From the NCBI RefSeq assembly GCF_006345805.1, contig NC_043007.1, positions 76,074,001 to 76,138,000 on the forward strand: a stretch of DNA of 64,000 nucleotides. The letters run 5' to 3'. Position 1 is the stretch's first letter; the number at the start of each line of letters is the position of its first letter. The position numbers and the translations under genes are program-made. The DNA is from Octopus sinensis. Taxonomy: Eukaryota. Of this stretch, positions 1 to 11,334 are shown in pieces. Under the pieces are notes generated by a model. The model made no database searches. It was not told the origin of the DNA and saw only the letters and a program-made list of their open reading frames with translations.

Positions 1-14
1 AAAATATTATATAC

Positions 15-356
15 GTACATACACACACACACCTCACATACACACACACACATATATATATAATCAAAATAAGCGACAGGATATCAAGTGGTGATGCAGT
101 AAGACCATTTCAAGCGGCTCCATTTAATTGAACATCAATTTAAATGCAGTACCATCTTCAGCTGCACAAATAAATAGAATTTTAACCAGTAGGACACATT
201 AATATAATTTTTCTCAAGAAGCCCATCATATATATATGTATATACATACATATATACATACATACATACATATATATATACATACATATATACACACATA
301 CACACACACATGTGCGCACACACACACACATGCACACACACACACACACACACACG

Positions 357-433
<77 letters not shown>

Positions 434-435
434 TT
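15..435. repeat. Compound (CA)n/(TA)n/(TACA)n microsatellites
   Basis: Dinucleotide runs at 15-60 and 226-435; the overlapping ORFs are microsatellite translations (CVCV, HTHT, IYIY). Confidence 0.95.
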
Positions 436-501
436 ACACATTTCAATGTGAATGTTTTGTTTTTTAATTGTGCCTACTTTAGAATCCTGCAAATAATAAT
501 A

Positions 502-738
502 ATGGTATTTTTTAATATAGTCTTGAGGCTTATGACGATCACTGTGCAATGACTGAGGAGGGTAGTTTAGTGAAAGGGCGTGTGGGCCCTTGACAGAAGA
601 AGGAGGGCTTTCCTATCTCATATGGGTAGGAAGGCCTTCTTTTCCTCTCGAGGGCTAGTGTGCCCTTTTACTGAACTGTTTTCCTTGGTCATTGCATGGT
701 GATTGTCATGAGCTTTAGGCTTATATAAAAAATATCAT
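502..738 (+). other. Long G-U-rich fold-back hairpin (~111 bp stem, 5-nt loop)
   Basis: Manual pairing of 502-618 with 624-738 gives 83 Watson-Crick and 28 G-U pairs, 4 mismatches and 2 single-nt bulges; the loop is 619-623 (CATAT). Confidence 0.85.
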
Positions 739-751
739 ATATATATATATA

Positions 752-1138
752 TCATCATCATCATCATTTAGTGTCCACTTTCCATGCTAGCATGGGTTGG
801 ACGGTTCAACTGGGGTCTGGGAAGCCAGAAGGCTGCACCAGGCCCAGTCTGATCTGGCAATGTTTCTACGGCTGGATGCCCTTCCTAACGCCAACCACTC
901 CGTGAGTGTAGTGGGTGCTTTTTACGTGCCACCGGCACAGGTGCCAGACGAGTCTGGCAAACGGCCACGATCGGATGGAGATTTTTACGTGCCACCGGCA
1001 CGGGGGCCAGGAGAGGCTGGCAACAGTCACGAACGGATGGTGCTTTTTACGTGCCACCGACACGAGGCCAGTCGGGGCGGCGCTGGCAACGCCACGTTCG
1101 GATGGTTCTCTTACGTGCCACCGGCACTGGTATCACAG

Positions 1139-1140
<2 letters not shown>
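752..1140 (-). mobile_element. SINE family 1 ((GAT)n-tailed, internal ~55-60 bp tandem units)
   Basis: Reverse of ...gtccaacccatgctagcatggaaag(t/c)ggac..(gat)n; internal GGTGGCACGTAAAAAGCACC units; many copies in the window. Confidence 0.85.
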
Positions 1141-1189
<49 letters not shown>

Positions 1190-1194
1190 ATATA

Positions 1195-1352
1195 AAGCAT
1201 GTAAAAAGTACCCACTACACTCTCATTGTGGTTGGCGTTAGGAAGGGCATCCAGCTGTAGAAACAGTGCCAGATCAGACTGGAACTGGTGCAGCTGTAGC
1301 ACTCCAGATCTAAGTCAAACCGTCCGAAAATGGATGGGAAATGATGATGATA
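1195..1352 (+). mobile_element. SINE family 1, 3' fragment
   Basis: aaaaagtacccactacactctc...ggaagggcatccagctgtagaaac module followed by a (gat)n tail. Confidence 0.75.
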
Positions 1353-1357
1353 TGTAC

Positions 1358-1431
<74 letters not shown>

Positions 1432-1529
1432 TATATATACGTTTAAATATTTGTTGTGCAAGATTTTTTATGTGAAGTCGTGGCTGACGGTTAGTAAGGA
1501 GAGACACAAATAAGTAAGAAGAAAACAAA

Positions 1530-1574
1530 GGACCACTGATGCGGTCACAGGAGTGTGACGAAAGAACTATGGCC
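1530..1574 (+). ncRNA. Degenerate minimal type I hammerhead-like motif
   Basis: ggacca-CTGATGC-g-gtcac-aggagt-gtgac-GAAA-gaac-TA-tggcc. Stem II is perfect (5 bp) and stem I imperfect; the core deviates from consensus (A9 to C plus one extra nt). Confidence 0.35.
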
Positions 1575-1687
1575 GAAATAAGATTAAGATTAATGTAAAA
1601 AATAAATAACACTGAAGCAAAGTAACACCAATATATAGTGCGTGTGTTTTTATTGGCTAAACAGGCAAAATGACCATTCCGAAATAT

Positions 1688-1746
<59 letters not shown>

Positions 1747-1982
1747 CATATATACAGATTTGCCAAAACTCACCCAACAATAAATCAAAATTCTATAAAT
1801 ACTCCCTGTAATTCTGTATTGACTCAAATGGTAAAAATGTGTCGCTCAAGAAGGGCTCCCGCTTGAACAATTTTCATGAAGTTTCATATTTAGATGCTTT
1901 TATTAAATTCATTCAGTTGTTGAACATAAATAAATCTTGGAATTAAATGGTTTTGATTTACTGTCAGGTGACTTTTGGCCAA

Positions 1983-2041
<59 letters not shown>

Positions 2042-2565
2042 CATACATACATACACTCACACACACACACACACACATAGGATTACATATATACATACTT
2101 ACTAACTTTTGAATTATGAAATGATGTATTTCACTCATAATTATTATATTATTCTTTAAATCAAATTCAATTGTATTTTGTTTTGGAGAAAATTGAATAT
2201 AAAGCTTTCACTTTTATATTATACTATGGAAAACTGTAGGGTATAAAATGTATGACTTAAAGGTTTGGTTGCTGTTTAGTTATATATTTAGGAGTTGGTT
2301 ATAGATTTACTTATTGAAATTATTTACTGATACTTTTGTACATGGAGTAAATGTGTTCGAAAGTTATGGTTTCTGTGGTATATTTGTTCCCAAACAACAC
2401 TAATTTCAGTGCTGTTGGCACCACCGGATTGAATGGTCCTGCCCAGGTGTCGAAACCATAATGATATCTGAGGTGTAGCTGATGATGGAGGTATGCTGGA
2501 TTGTTGGTATGGCTGTTTTTGTATATGTGGAATAGTGTCATAACACATCCTTTTGATATAATATA

Positions 2566-2958
2566 TTCTTTTTATTCCTTTATTCTTTTACTTGCTTCAG
2601 TCATTTGACTGCAGCTATGCTGGAGCACTGCCTTTAGTTGAACAAATCAACTCCAGAACTTATTCTTTGTTAGCCTAGAACTTATTCTATCGGTCTCTTT
2701 TGCTAAACCGCTCAGTTACGGGGGACATAAACACACTAGCATCGGGTGTCCAGCGATGGTGGGGTGGGGAACACCAACACACAATATATACACACACACA
2801 CACACATACGACAGGCTCCTTTCAGTTTCCGTATACCAAATCCACTCACAAGGCTTTGGTTGGCCCGAGGCTATTGTAGAAGACACTTGCCCAAGGTGCC
2901 ACACAGTGGGACTGAACCCAGAACCATGTATGTGTACCACACAGCCACTCCTGCACCT
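2566..2958 (-). mobile_element. SINE family 2 (tRNA-derived head, OR1-like)
   Basis: Reverse of the ggtgcaggagtggctgtg...gggttcagtcccact head (A/B-box-like), central CA/TA tract and AAAGAAT-type tail; matches 45164-45556. Confidence 0.85.
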
Positions 2959-3325
2959 GTAACATGATATATATATCAATATCTATAATTCTGAAATGTG
3001 AAAAGTTTGTCTCATTTTGGCATTTAACGGGTTAAGGGGCACTAGATGGGGTCGGATTGGCTCCAAAATTTACAGAGACATGCAAAATGAGGTGAGGATG
3101 TGAGTGGGCTACGTTAGAAATCCCTATCTTAAAAGGTGTCATTGCTAGGGCGAAAAACGCACACTTTGACAAGTCTCCTCTCATTCTATTATCTGCCTGT
3201 CTTCCTCAATCTTTCTCTCTCTCTCTCTCTCTCTCTCTCATTCCTCCCTTCCTTTCAATTTCTCTCTATAACGTCGTTTAATAGCGTCTACTATCTTTCC
3301 CCCGCCACCTTCGCTAGCGCTGTTA

Positions 3326-3362
<37 letters not shown>

Positions 3363-3974
3363 TCACTACGTCTCTCTCTCTCTTTCCCCTTCCCTCCAAT
3401 TTCTCTCTATAACGACGTTTGACACCTCCGCCGTCTCTCTTTTTTTTCCACCGCCTCTCTCAGTGTATGTCTGTTTGTATCTATAAAGACGAAACGTGAC
3501 AGCCGCAAAAGTTTAAATATTCCCACCACAAGTCTTTCAGAAAGGTGAATTATTATATCCCACCACCACCGCACAATTATAACAGATATTATTTATCAGA
3601 AGATATGTTATTATTTTGCGTGGATAAAAGATTTGCTGTGCTAAGAAACATTATACCCTTTTAAAGAATTTATATGTATGCTCAAGGCGACCATCGTTAA
3701 CAAAAATTTGTCAGTAAATTTGAAAAGTTTGCCAGTTTTGAAATATTTACTTCTTAACTATTTTATTCGTTTTCTCATTGTAAACCAAATCATCTTTAGG
3801 TTTCAAAATATTTTATTTTTCAGTCCTCTCTTTCATATATGACCATTTCTTCCTCGATCTCTCTCTTCCCATTGGCGAACGTTTGTCTTCTTTTTTTTTT
3901 TTTAATAAACGCATTGCCTCTTTCGTTTTAAAACAATAAAACAATGCTACATTTGTCTTGCAAACAACTTGCAC

Positions 3975-6235
3975 ATGCAAGTGCTACCAGTTAAAAGATC
4001 CGTATATCGGAAGCTAGCAAGTGTATGGGGTCATCAGGAGAGAATGCGCGCCGTTTCGGGGCCTACCTCTCGACGGCATCAATGCGCACCAGCCCCCCTC
4101 GCTGATATGAGGCCCCGCTTGCTAGATCAGCTGGTTATGAAGAACTCAATATACTTCTAGCCATCACTCATCGTCTCTTTTTAATCAAATCCAGTGGCTA
4201 GCCTTCTCCACTGTACATTGGATATCAGTCATGGTGGTATTGACTTTACGATGAGTTAGGCCTAGCGATAACAACAGTCGTCTCACGCTGTGTCCTACAA
4301 ACCCTCTACATCCGCTTTCCAGCCTGCGTCTTCACATTCCTCGAGGAGGTGTTCATAACAGTTCAATTTTCGAGCCCGAGCGGGTCCATATTATCTTCGT
4401 GAGGAACCGTTAGCTCGACTATATTTACAACTTTCTTTCTTTCACACCACATCAAAATATCTGTTTTCTTCGAAACTGAGATGGGAAAGAAAACCTGGCA
4501 CCCAGGTAAATCTGCAGTTACCTCCCAATAGCCGTTCCACTTTTCATTTTTCTCAGGAAGTTTCTTGGTCTTCTTGAAACGGATCCGCTGACCTGGTCGC
4601 ACGAAGGTAATGAAATCTCTTGATGGTACTTTTAACGATTTTTCCTCAGTGTTGTTGAGGTGAATTTGGTTCTTTATAGCATTGACGATAACCTTAAGGA
4701 CCAAATTGTGCCTCCATGTGTACCTGTTCAATGCTAATGAACAGTTGGAAAGAATATGTTTTAGTGTACCGACCTTTCCACATTTGCAGATGTCATTCTC
4801 TAAGACGTTCCATCTTACTAGATTCGTAGGTGATGGCAAAACATCATAAGATGAACGAATCAGGAAACTCAGCCGAGATGTCGTCCACTTCCACATCTCA
4901 TCCCAACTTATCTTCCTCTCAACAACATGTTCTTCCCATTTCGTCATCTGACCTTGATGAACACATCGGATCAAATGAAGCTCTCTTCTCTCTGCTTCTC
5001 TTGTTTTGACGCTGTTGCTAACAACAGATCTGCGTTCACACGGCATCATGCTTGCAAACGGTCTGAACTGATCTGCGCCAAAACCAAATTCTTTCCGATG
5101 GTTCTGCGTTGCTCCCACCATATCTCTGTGTATAAGAGAAGACAAGATGTTGTCAGTTTCTGCTTCTGCTTTCCACTTCCTGGCTGTTTTCACCTCTGGT
5201 GGGTTACGCCTGATTTCCATATCCTTCGATTCTCTCAGCATCATGACCGTCCGTATCTTCCCCAACTTATATATTGGTAGCTGCAACGAACCTCTTTTAC
5301 GATAAAGAGCTGAGCTGTTCAACATACGAGGTAGACCTAGCCACTTTCTAATGAATACATTACATTTTTGTTCAATCCTTTCAACTCGTGACAATGCTAC
5401 TTCGTATATTAAAAGTGGCCACGCAAGTCGCGGGTACAAGCCGAACTGCAAGCACCAAATTTTATATTTACCTGGTAACTTCGAATCATCAATCGCTGAT
5501 AACCCAGCCTCGGCCTGTTTCATAATTTCAATCCCACGACTTCTGTCTGACAATGTTCCAGCGTATACTCGACCCAAGCTCTTGACGGGCTCTTCCTTGA
5601 CTGTTGGAATGCTTTCATCAGATATTCGAAATTTAAATTCTTTCTGCACTCCCTTAACAAATGTCAGACTACGCGACTTTTTTGCTCTAAATCGCATCCT
5701 TGACCACCTTACAAGTTCGTCTAATCTCTAAAGGGCATTCTGCATGATTTGTTTATCTGTAGCTAGAAGTGTCACGTCATCCATGAAGGCTTTCTTAGGC
5801 GATTGTACATGGGCGATTTGTTCCGAAAAATCTACACCTTTCAAAATCAACTCCATGACTAAAATAAACCACGTGACAGATATTGTACAGCCAGCAGCAA
5901 TGCCAATCTCCAATCGGTGCCAATTTGTTGTAAAATTTCCAGTTGTAAACCTCATTTCGAAACTGTCATAGTACATCCTCATTATTTTGATCACTTTGTC
6001 AGGAATGTGGAAGTGGTCTATGGCTGTTATTAGTAATTTGTGTGGCACTGAACCATACGCGTTAGCTAGGTCGAGCCATACCACGTTCAGACTTTTCTTG
6101 TTCTGTTTGGCATCCTGGATAGCTTTCCAAATCGAAAAACAGTGTTCAACGCATCCAGGGACCCCGGGGATTCCGGCCTTTTGAACAGATTCATCAACAT
6201 TAATAAATTGGTCCAACAAGCAAAACATCACCTGC
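3975..6235 (-). mobile_element. 5'-truncated HERO-like (RLE-type) non-LTR retrotransposon, RT/zinc-knuckle/endonuclease pseudogene
   Basis: ORFs 5728-6231 and 4363-5697 are in the same frame, split by one TAG (5728-5730). RT motifs WLDLANAYGSVPH, GIAAGCTIS and FMDD; CKC-x7-H-x4-C knuckle; RLE motif TDILMW...VELTVPHED. Frameshifted C-terminus (GCRGFVG...EKASHWI) continues to ~4145, followed by the 3' UTR. Confidence 0.85.
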
Positions 6236-6274
6236 GCGTAGAGCGGGTCACCTTAAGCTAGTATATATATATAT

Positions 6275-6545
6275 ATTTTTTATCTTTTGCTTCTTCCAGT
6301 CATTGGCCCCTGACCATGCTGGGACAATGCCTTGAAGGGTTTAGTTGAACAAATTGATCTCATGACTTAAACTTTATTTTGAGGCCTAGTACTCATCCCA
6401 TGAATCTTTCTTTGCCACAGCAACTGTCATGTGGTAAAAGAGTCCGACAGAATAAGAACTAGGCTGACAAACAGTAAGTCCTGGGGTAGATTTGTTCGAC
6501 TAAATGTGGTGCTCCAGCATGGCCACAGTCAAACAAGCAAACAAA
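6275..6545. mobile_element. Two degenerate SINE family 2 3' fragments in opposite orientation
   Basis: cagtcattggcccctgaccatgctgg (minus) and gatagaataag...gctccagcatggccacagtc (plus). Confidence 0.55.
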
Positions 6546-6659
6546 CACACACAAGCAAACAAGACAAACAAGCAAACAAACACAAACAAGCAAACAAACA
6601 CACACACAGACAAACATGTATCTATTGTATAAATTCAAGACACACCTGTTTATTCATTG

Positions 6660-6675
6660 CTCTGTATATATATAT

Positions 6676-6725
<50 letters not shown>

Positions 6726-6838
6726 ATATATATCAATCCAAACATGAACAAGGTTGAGAGCAATGAATAAACAGGTGTGTCTTGAATTTATACAATAGAT
6801 ACATGTTTGTCTGTGTATATATGTATATATATATATAT

Positions 6839-6875
<37 letters not shown>

Positions 6876-6876
6876 G

Positions 6877-6924
<48 letters not shown>

Positions 6925-6956
6925 CATATATATATGTAATATATATATATATATGT

Positions 6957-7007
<51 letters not shown>

Positions 7008-7018
7008 TATATATATAG

Positions 7019-7050
<32 letters not shown>

Positions 7051-7077
7051 TATTATAAATATGTAATATATATATAT
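6660..7077. repeat. (TA)n microsatellite arrays
   Basis: Long interrupted TA runs. Confidence 0.95.
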
Positions 7078-7699
7078 GCCAATATTTTGGATTGACTCAA
7101 CGATTCAGTGACAGGAAATCGGTTGTTTAGGTGACAGCTTGACAGTTCACCTTGTATGTTGTCGTGACCTTCATGACAGATGATGACATCTGCTAGAGTG
7201 GGAGGAGGGAGAGCGGGCTAGTGGGTTGTGTGTGCATGCTTGTTCTTGTCTGTGTGTCTGTATGTGCTTTCGTGATTGTTCTTGTGTATGTGTGTGTGTT
7301 TGTGTGTGGTCACTCAACAGTGAACTCCAGTGCTCATTTCGTAGTCCCCAACGACCTTACGGTCCACACGAACACAGTGGAGGGGTTGTGGGGGGCCCAC
7401 TTAAAGACGAAATATCGCAACATGCATGGCACATCAGATGTGTTATTTTCAAGAACAAGCACGCATGCACGCACACCACACACACAGACAGACATGAAGA
7501 AGCATGCATGCACACACAAACAAGAAGAAGCACACACACACACACACACACAGGAACAAGCACGCACGCACACACAACCCATTGGCTTTCTCCTCCTCCT
7601 CCCATTTTGGTGACTGTCACAGGGGTCGCAAGCACATCTGAGGTGAGTTGTCGCGGAAGCAACCGATTTCTTGTCCTTGAGTTGATCCGAAGGAACGCC
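7078..7699 (+). mobile_element. Merlin (IS1595/ISXO2-like) DNA transposon derivative with transposase remnant
   Basis: 7308-7455 encodes [47 protein letters not shown], matching the H.TVNHS..FV...HTN.IEG.W motif of Merlin/ISXO2 transposases. Degenerate left end at 7078, right end ...GGAACGCC at 7699; flanked by (TA)n. Confidence 0.65.
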
Positions 7700-7707
7700 A
7701 TATATAC

Positions 7708-7742
<35 letters not shown>

Positions 7743-7759
7743 CATATATATACATATAC

Positions 7760-7798
<39 letters not shown>

Positions 7799-7810
7799 GA
7801 TATATATATA

Positions 7811-7857
<47 letters not shown>

Positions 7858-7869
7858 GTGTGTGTGTGT

Positions 7870-7916
<47 letters not shown>

Positions 7917-8072
7917 GGCGTTCCTTCGGATCAACTCAAGGACAAGAAATCGGTTGCTTCCGCGACAACTCACCTCAGACGTGCTTGCGACCCCTGTGAC
8001 AGTCACCAAAATGGGAGGAGGAGGAGAAAGCCAATGGGTTGTGTGTGCGTGCGTGCGTGCTTGTTCCTGTGT
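7548..8072. repeat. Near-perfect inverted repeat (arms 7548-7699 and 7917-8072) around a TA/GT microsatellite spacer
   Basis: The arms differ by one substitution (cacatctg vs cacgtctg) and one GCGT unit. Confidence 0.9.
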
Positions 8073-8699
8073 GTATATATATATATATATAATATATGTA
8101 GAAAAATACAAACTGGTACAAGAACGTAAAACATTTAGAAGACGATACAAAAAACACGGACGGGACATTCGAAGCCTTCAATCTTCAGTCAAGAACCGGA
8201 CCATCCTAGCAATTTCGGCTGATTAATCTCGAGATCGCTCCGATCCGGCCAGCCCCAAGGAAAAACTAAGCTACGAGCATTAGATTTCTTGGAAGAAGGA
8301 TCGAATGTATACGAAACAGGGACAGAAAAACGGACGATGCCACACGAATATAAAATACAAAAAACAATAATGGTAAAAACAGGACAAAAACAGCGGGTGT
8401 CTTACGACTAATAAACAATACAACAAGTTTAGCTGGCGTATTTTGAAATAATGCCTTTATCGGCAGACGAAGACAACGACGTTCTCACGGCAGTGGTCGG
8501 AGGTCAAAAGGCTGATTTTGACCAGCGGTCACGTGATGAAGAGAGAGAAAAGAAAGGGGGCAAAGGAAACAAAGAGAGAGAGAAAGAGGGATGAAGGCAA
8601 CAAAGGGGGGAGAAGAGAGGTAAAGAAGGAAAAGAAGGAATTAAACAACACAACAGCAGCCACATGGAGACGCAGCAACACTTCATCCAGCAGCTTTCA

Positions 8700-9900
8700 G
8701 GATCTCCTTCTTCATCACTCTCATCTTCTTAACGTCGTCAACAACATCTCTCTACGTATACAGCAACCAGCAACCCTCGCACAGGTTCTATCTCAACACT
8801 GTTCGGGAATTACTCCACCATGGTTAACCGCAAATACAACCTGCGAGAACTCTTGTATTAAGTAGCCCAGCAGTAGCATTATAGCCACCACTTTGTACAA
8901 TACGTACCACACAGGCTCTGCTTCTTCACCTCAGCTTCTTGATACAGCACTTCAACTATCGTGTACCTTGACTACGAACTGGTATTTATCTTCCTTGTGT
9001 CTGAACATTCTTATAACGTCATATAGACTTTTTCAGTGCTCTGTATTTAATGCACACACATACACTTTGTATACATGACGGCCTGTCTATTACAATGTAC
9101 ATATGACGCATACACACACATGTTAACATATAAATAAAATCTTCTCTTAAACACTCTATTCGGTTGTGTCTCTTTTCCTTCTGGCACTTATATGCCTTTA
9201 TCCTTTTCACATTTATTGTAATCGATTGTGTGGTGTACTAAAGGTGCCATTCTCGTCACCTCTCCTTCACACAGTCATTTAGTTTTCATTGTTCTCAACA
9301 CAATCAAGGAGATCTTGTACAACTGACACCCAAGTGTCTTTTTGGTCAGCTGAAAGCAGTTTTGGCCCAAATTTTGCAGATATGCGTCTCATACTCAAAT
9401 CTTCATATGGACTGAACTGAACCGTAACTAATCTGCACATCCTCTGATAACTCATGAATGGTGATTTGATGTCAAGTAAAGGGGAGACATCTTTGCTTCC
9501 ACTGGTTCAGTTGCAAAGTGTTATTTTGAGTAAAGTTATCTGGTTGCAGACCTCCTTTGAGTCTTTTTATTATTTCTGGGTCCCCAGATGGTAACATTGA
9601 TTTCAAGGCCTTTCCAGATAAGTGATTGGTCATTCAAAGAGACTTACAGATCGTAAATTTATTCTATTCAGTTACCTATTGGCATAGTGATCATTGGCAA
9701 ACTCCAGAGGTGACACTTTCATTTCCCCTTAGCCCTCACATCACACAGTTGTTAATGTTTATTTGAGTTGAGTCATGCTCTTCTAATTGCTATACATCTG
9801 TAATGCTTCTTACAGCTGTGCTGGTCACTTGTATGCTGAAGAATCCTACATTTGGGAGTGGTAACGACTAGGGTATGGTAGCTGACTGCTTATTGTGATC
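8700..9900. mobile_element. Gypsy-like LTR retrotransposon remnants (LTR-like segment ~8850-9245 plus degraded pol)
   Basis: RKYNLR-like pol end near 8830, an LTR-like segment similar in layout to 15185-15620, and stop-ridden integrase-like sequence. Weak support. Confidence 0.35.
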
Positions 9901-11334
9901 ATTTGTCTTTTGGTTTCCTGTAGCTTAGCTCTCTTTTATAAACCCAGTGAACATTCATATATTTCCAATTTCAAAGAAATTTGAACAATAGATATGAGAT
10001 ACAAGTTAAAAAAGATTCCCAACAATTCAACTTCTCTGGCTGACTTTAAGACCCCCAATCCACTAATAGGGGCCTTAACTCTCTCATTTTAGTGCTCCAT
10101 GTGCTCCATTTTTCAGGAGCAAAAACCTTTGAATAGGTTTTATAAGATTTAGATTTTGGAATCTGGATATAAAGACGAGTAGTTTGGAATAAATATGTCA
10201 TGATTAGAATTTTTGCTAGGATGTGTAAAGAGGGAAAGAACCATCATTAAAATTCTTAATCTCCAATTTTGATGAAATTTGAATCATAGATATTCCAGTT
10301 GATTAGACATGAGTTGGTTGGTTTGACAGGAGCAGGTAAGCCAGATAACAGCTGCAGGATCCATTGTCTGCTTTGGCATGGTTTTTACAGCAGGATGACC
10401 TTCCTAACTCAACCACTTTACAGAGTGTACTAAGTGCTTTTAACGTGGCACCAGCCCCAGTGAGGTGACCTAGTAACTTGCAAGACAAAGAGCCCACAAA
10501 TGGAAGGGGGAGTAATAATAAGAAAGGTGGCTTTGTACCAGTGGAGATGTTGAAGTATAACAGGTAAAGAAAATGTGTCTGGAGATACTTAGCTATCCCA
10601 CTAAGAAATGAAAGAAGAAAAAAGAGAGATAGAGATAGACAGATGATGTTGCTGGGAGAGAGAGAGATCAGGAATGAGGAGATACATGGTTTCCCAACCT
10701 GAGGGAAGTTCATGAGAAGGAGAGAGATTGGGAGACACCAGGATAGAGATGGTGGCAAAGTGCTGGGCATACTCAAAGGCATGGGGATCAGATGGTCGAG
10801 TGAAGGCAGAGAGATATACTTGGTGGCAAGTGCCAGGTCATACCCTTGAAGTTCAAAGGTCATAATATAAGTGGTAGGATATTGCCAAAGATACATTATT
10901 AGACGATGGGGAGGGTAAGTGAAACGTGAAAACCTGGGTATATAGAGTGACGGTGGAGGCAGGGGGCTACTGGAGAGCAATGATACAGAGAAACAGGGCT
11001 GTGAGGACAAGGATGGGGAGTGAGAGGTCGGCATAGTGCATGAAGGAGGAAATATGAGGAGAAGAGATGTAGATTGGTTTGTTGGGGTAGGGTGTGTGAA
11101 AAGTTTTCTTGCTACACGTGGGTGGAACACAGGTCAGGGGTTAGTGGATAGCGATCATATAGTGAGACAAGGCCAAGAGGACAGGATTGGGGAGTGGGAG
11201 ATAAGCATAATGCATAATATGGAAATGTGAGGAAGAGAAGAGATGTAGAGATATAATTTGGTTTGTTGTGGTAGGGTGTGTGAGAAGTTTTCTTGTTATG
11301 TGTGAGTGGGACACACAGCACTTCTAGGACTCAG

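Noticed and set aside
551-600. CTGAGGA...GAAA-GGGC-gtgtgg-GCCC-TT resembling a hammerhead core
   Set aside because: Stems I and II do not form; the segment is fully explained as part of the long 502-738 hairpin arm.
797-1140. Regular GGTGGCACGTAAAAAGCACC repeats with short spacers, superficially CRISPR-like (recurring in all SINE family 1 copies)
   Set aside because: The spacers are homologous to one another, the arrays lie inside a eukaryotic SINE and no cas genes are present; this is a minisatellite.
135-1780. Many 60-156 aa ORFs rich in CV, HT, IY and YI repeats (also at 6782-8226, 55910-56320 and 61314-61538)
   Set aside because: They are translations of (CA)n, (TA)n and (TAA)n microsatellites or SINE bodies, with no splice or homology support.
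8150-8215. Minus-strand CTGAAGA...CGAATGTC in a TA-flanked repeat
   Set aside because: GAAA is absent, the stem II loop is too small and stem I is not adjacent to the core.
10303-11130. 275-aa minus-strand ORF
   Set aside because: Low-complexity L/S/P translation of a purine-skewed repeat containing a ~175-bp tandem duplication; no recognisable domain.
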